A stretch of 64,000 bases of DNA, taken from the IMG/VR virus record IMGVR_UViG_3300023047_000002; one strand, given 5' to 3'. Under the pieces are notes generated by a model. The model saw nothing but the letters and a program-made list of their open reading frames with translations, made no database searches and had not been told where the DNA came from. Made by a program: the position numbers and the translations under genes. Below are positions 63,958-64,000 of this stretch, piece by piece (position 1 is the stretch's first letter; each line of letters begins with the position of its first letter). This DNA is from a virus. Lineage: Duplodnaviria; Caudoviricetes.

Positions 63958-64000
63958 TTTTAACTCCTAAACAAACACGTCCGTAAAGGGGTCTAGAATG

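Noticed and set aside
1-64000. Stop-codon reassignment, as in some jumbo gut phages
   Set aside because: Long conserved genes are intact in the standard code, and TAA, TAG and TGA all end genes.
1-64000. tRNA, tmRNA or rRNA genes
   Set aside because: No cloverleaf with T-loop and acceptor stem was found by eye. TTCAAATCC at 16651 belongs to the omegaRNA copy. A tRNAscan/Aragorn run would settle this.

Overview
This is 64 kb of a large (jumbo-type) tailed phage with a contractile tail. It uses the standard genetic code with AGGAG-type ribosome-binding sites, and I found no tRNA, rRNA or CRISPR array. Recognisable genes are tail sheath, tail tube, tape measure with an NlpC/P60 domain, a probable baseplate hub, an ATP-dependent DNA ligase and a RecD-like helicase (each split by a LAGLIDADG intein), a SNF2-like helicase, a 5'-3' exonuclease, an amidase, an amidoligase, a glycosyltransferase, a RelA/SpoT-domain protein and an intact IS200/IS605 TnpB element. 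Four larger patterns stand out. (1) About 17 loci carry IS200/IS605-end hairpins, including three 49-bp one-hairpin mini-elements and end-to-end palindromes; they sit at gene boundaries, often supply stop codons and bracket single-gene cassettes. (2) The TnpB guide perfectly matches a phage gene 150 bp outside its own left end, where the inferred TAM is synonymously recoded. (3) A promoter class GTGGTGCTG-N25-27-(TGn)TAnnnT occurs 12 times. (4) A large set of unrelated proteins shares a basic N-terminal leader ending in a Glu site, like capsid-targeted internal proteins. All product calls come from reading motifs by eye; no searches were run.
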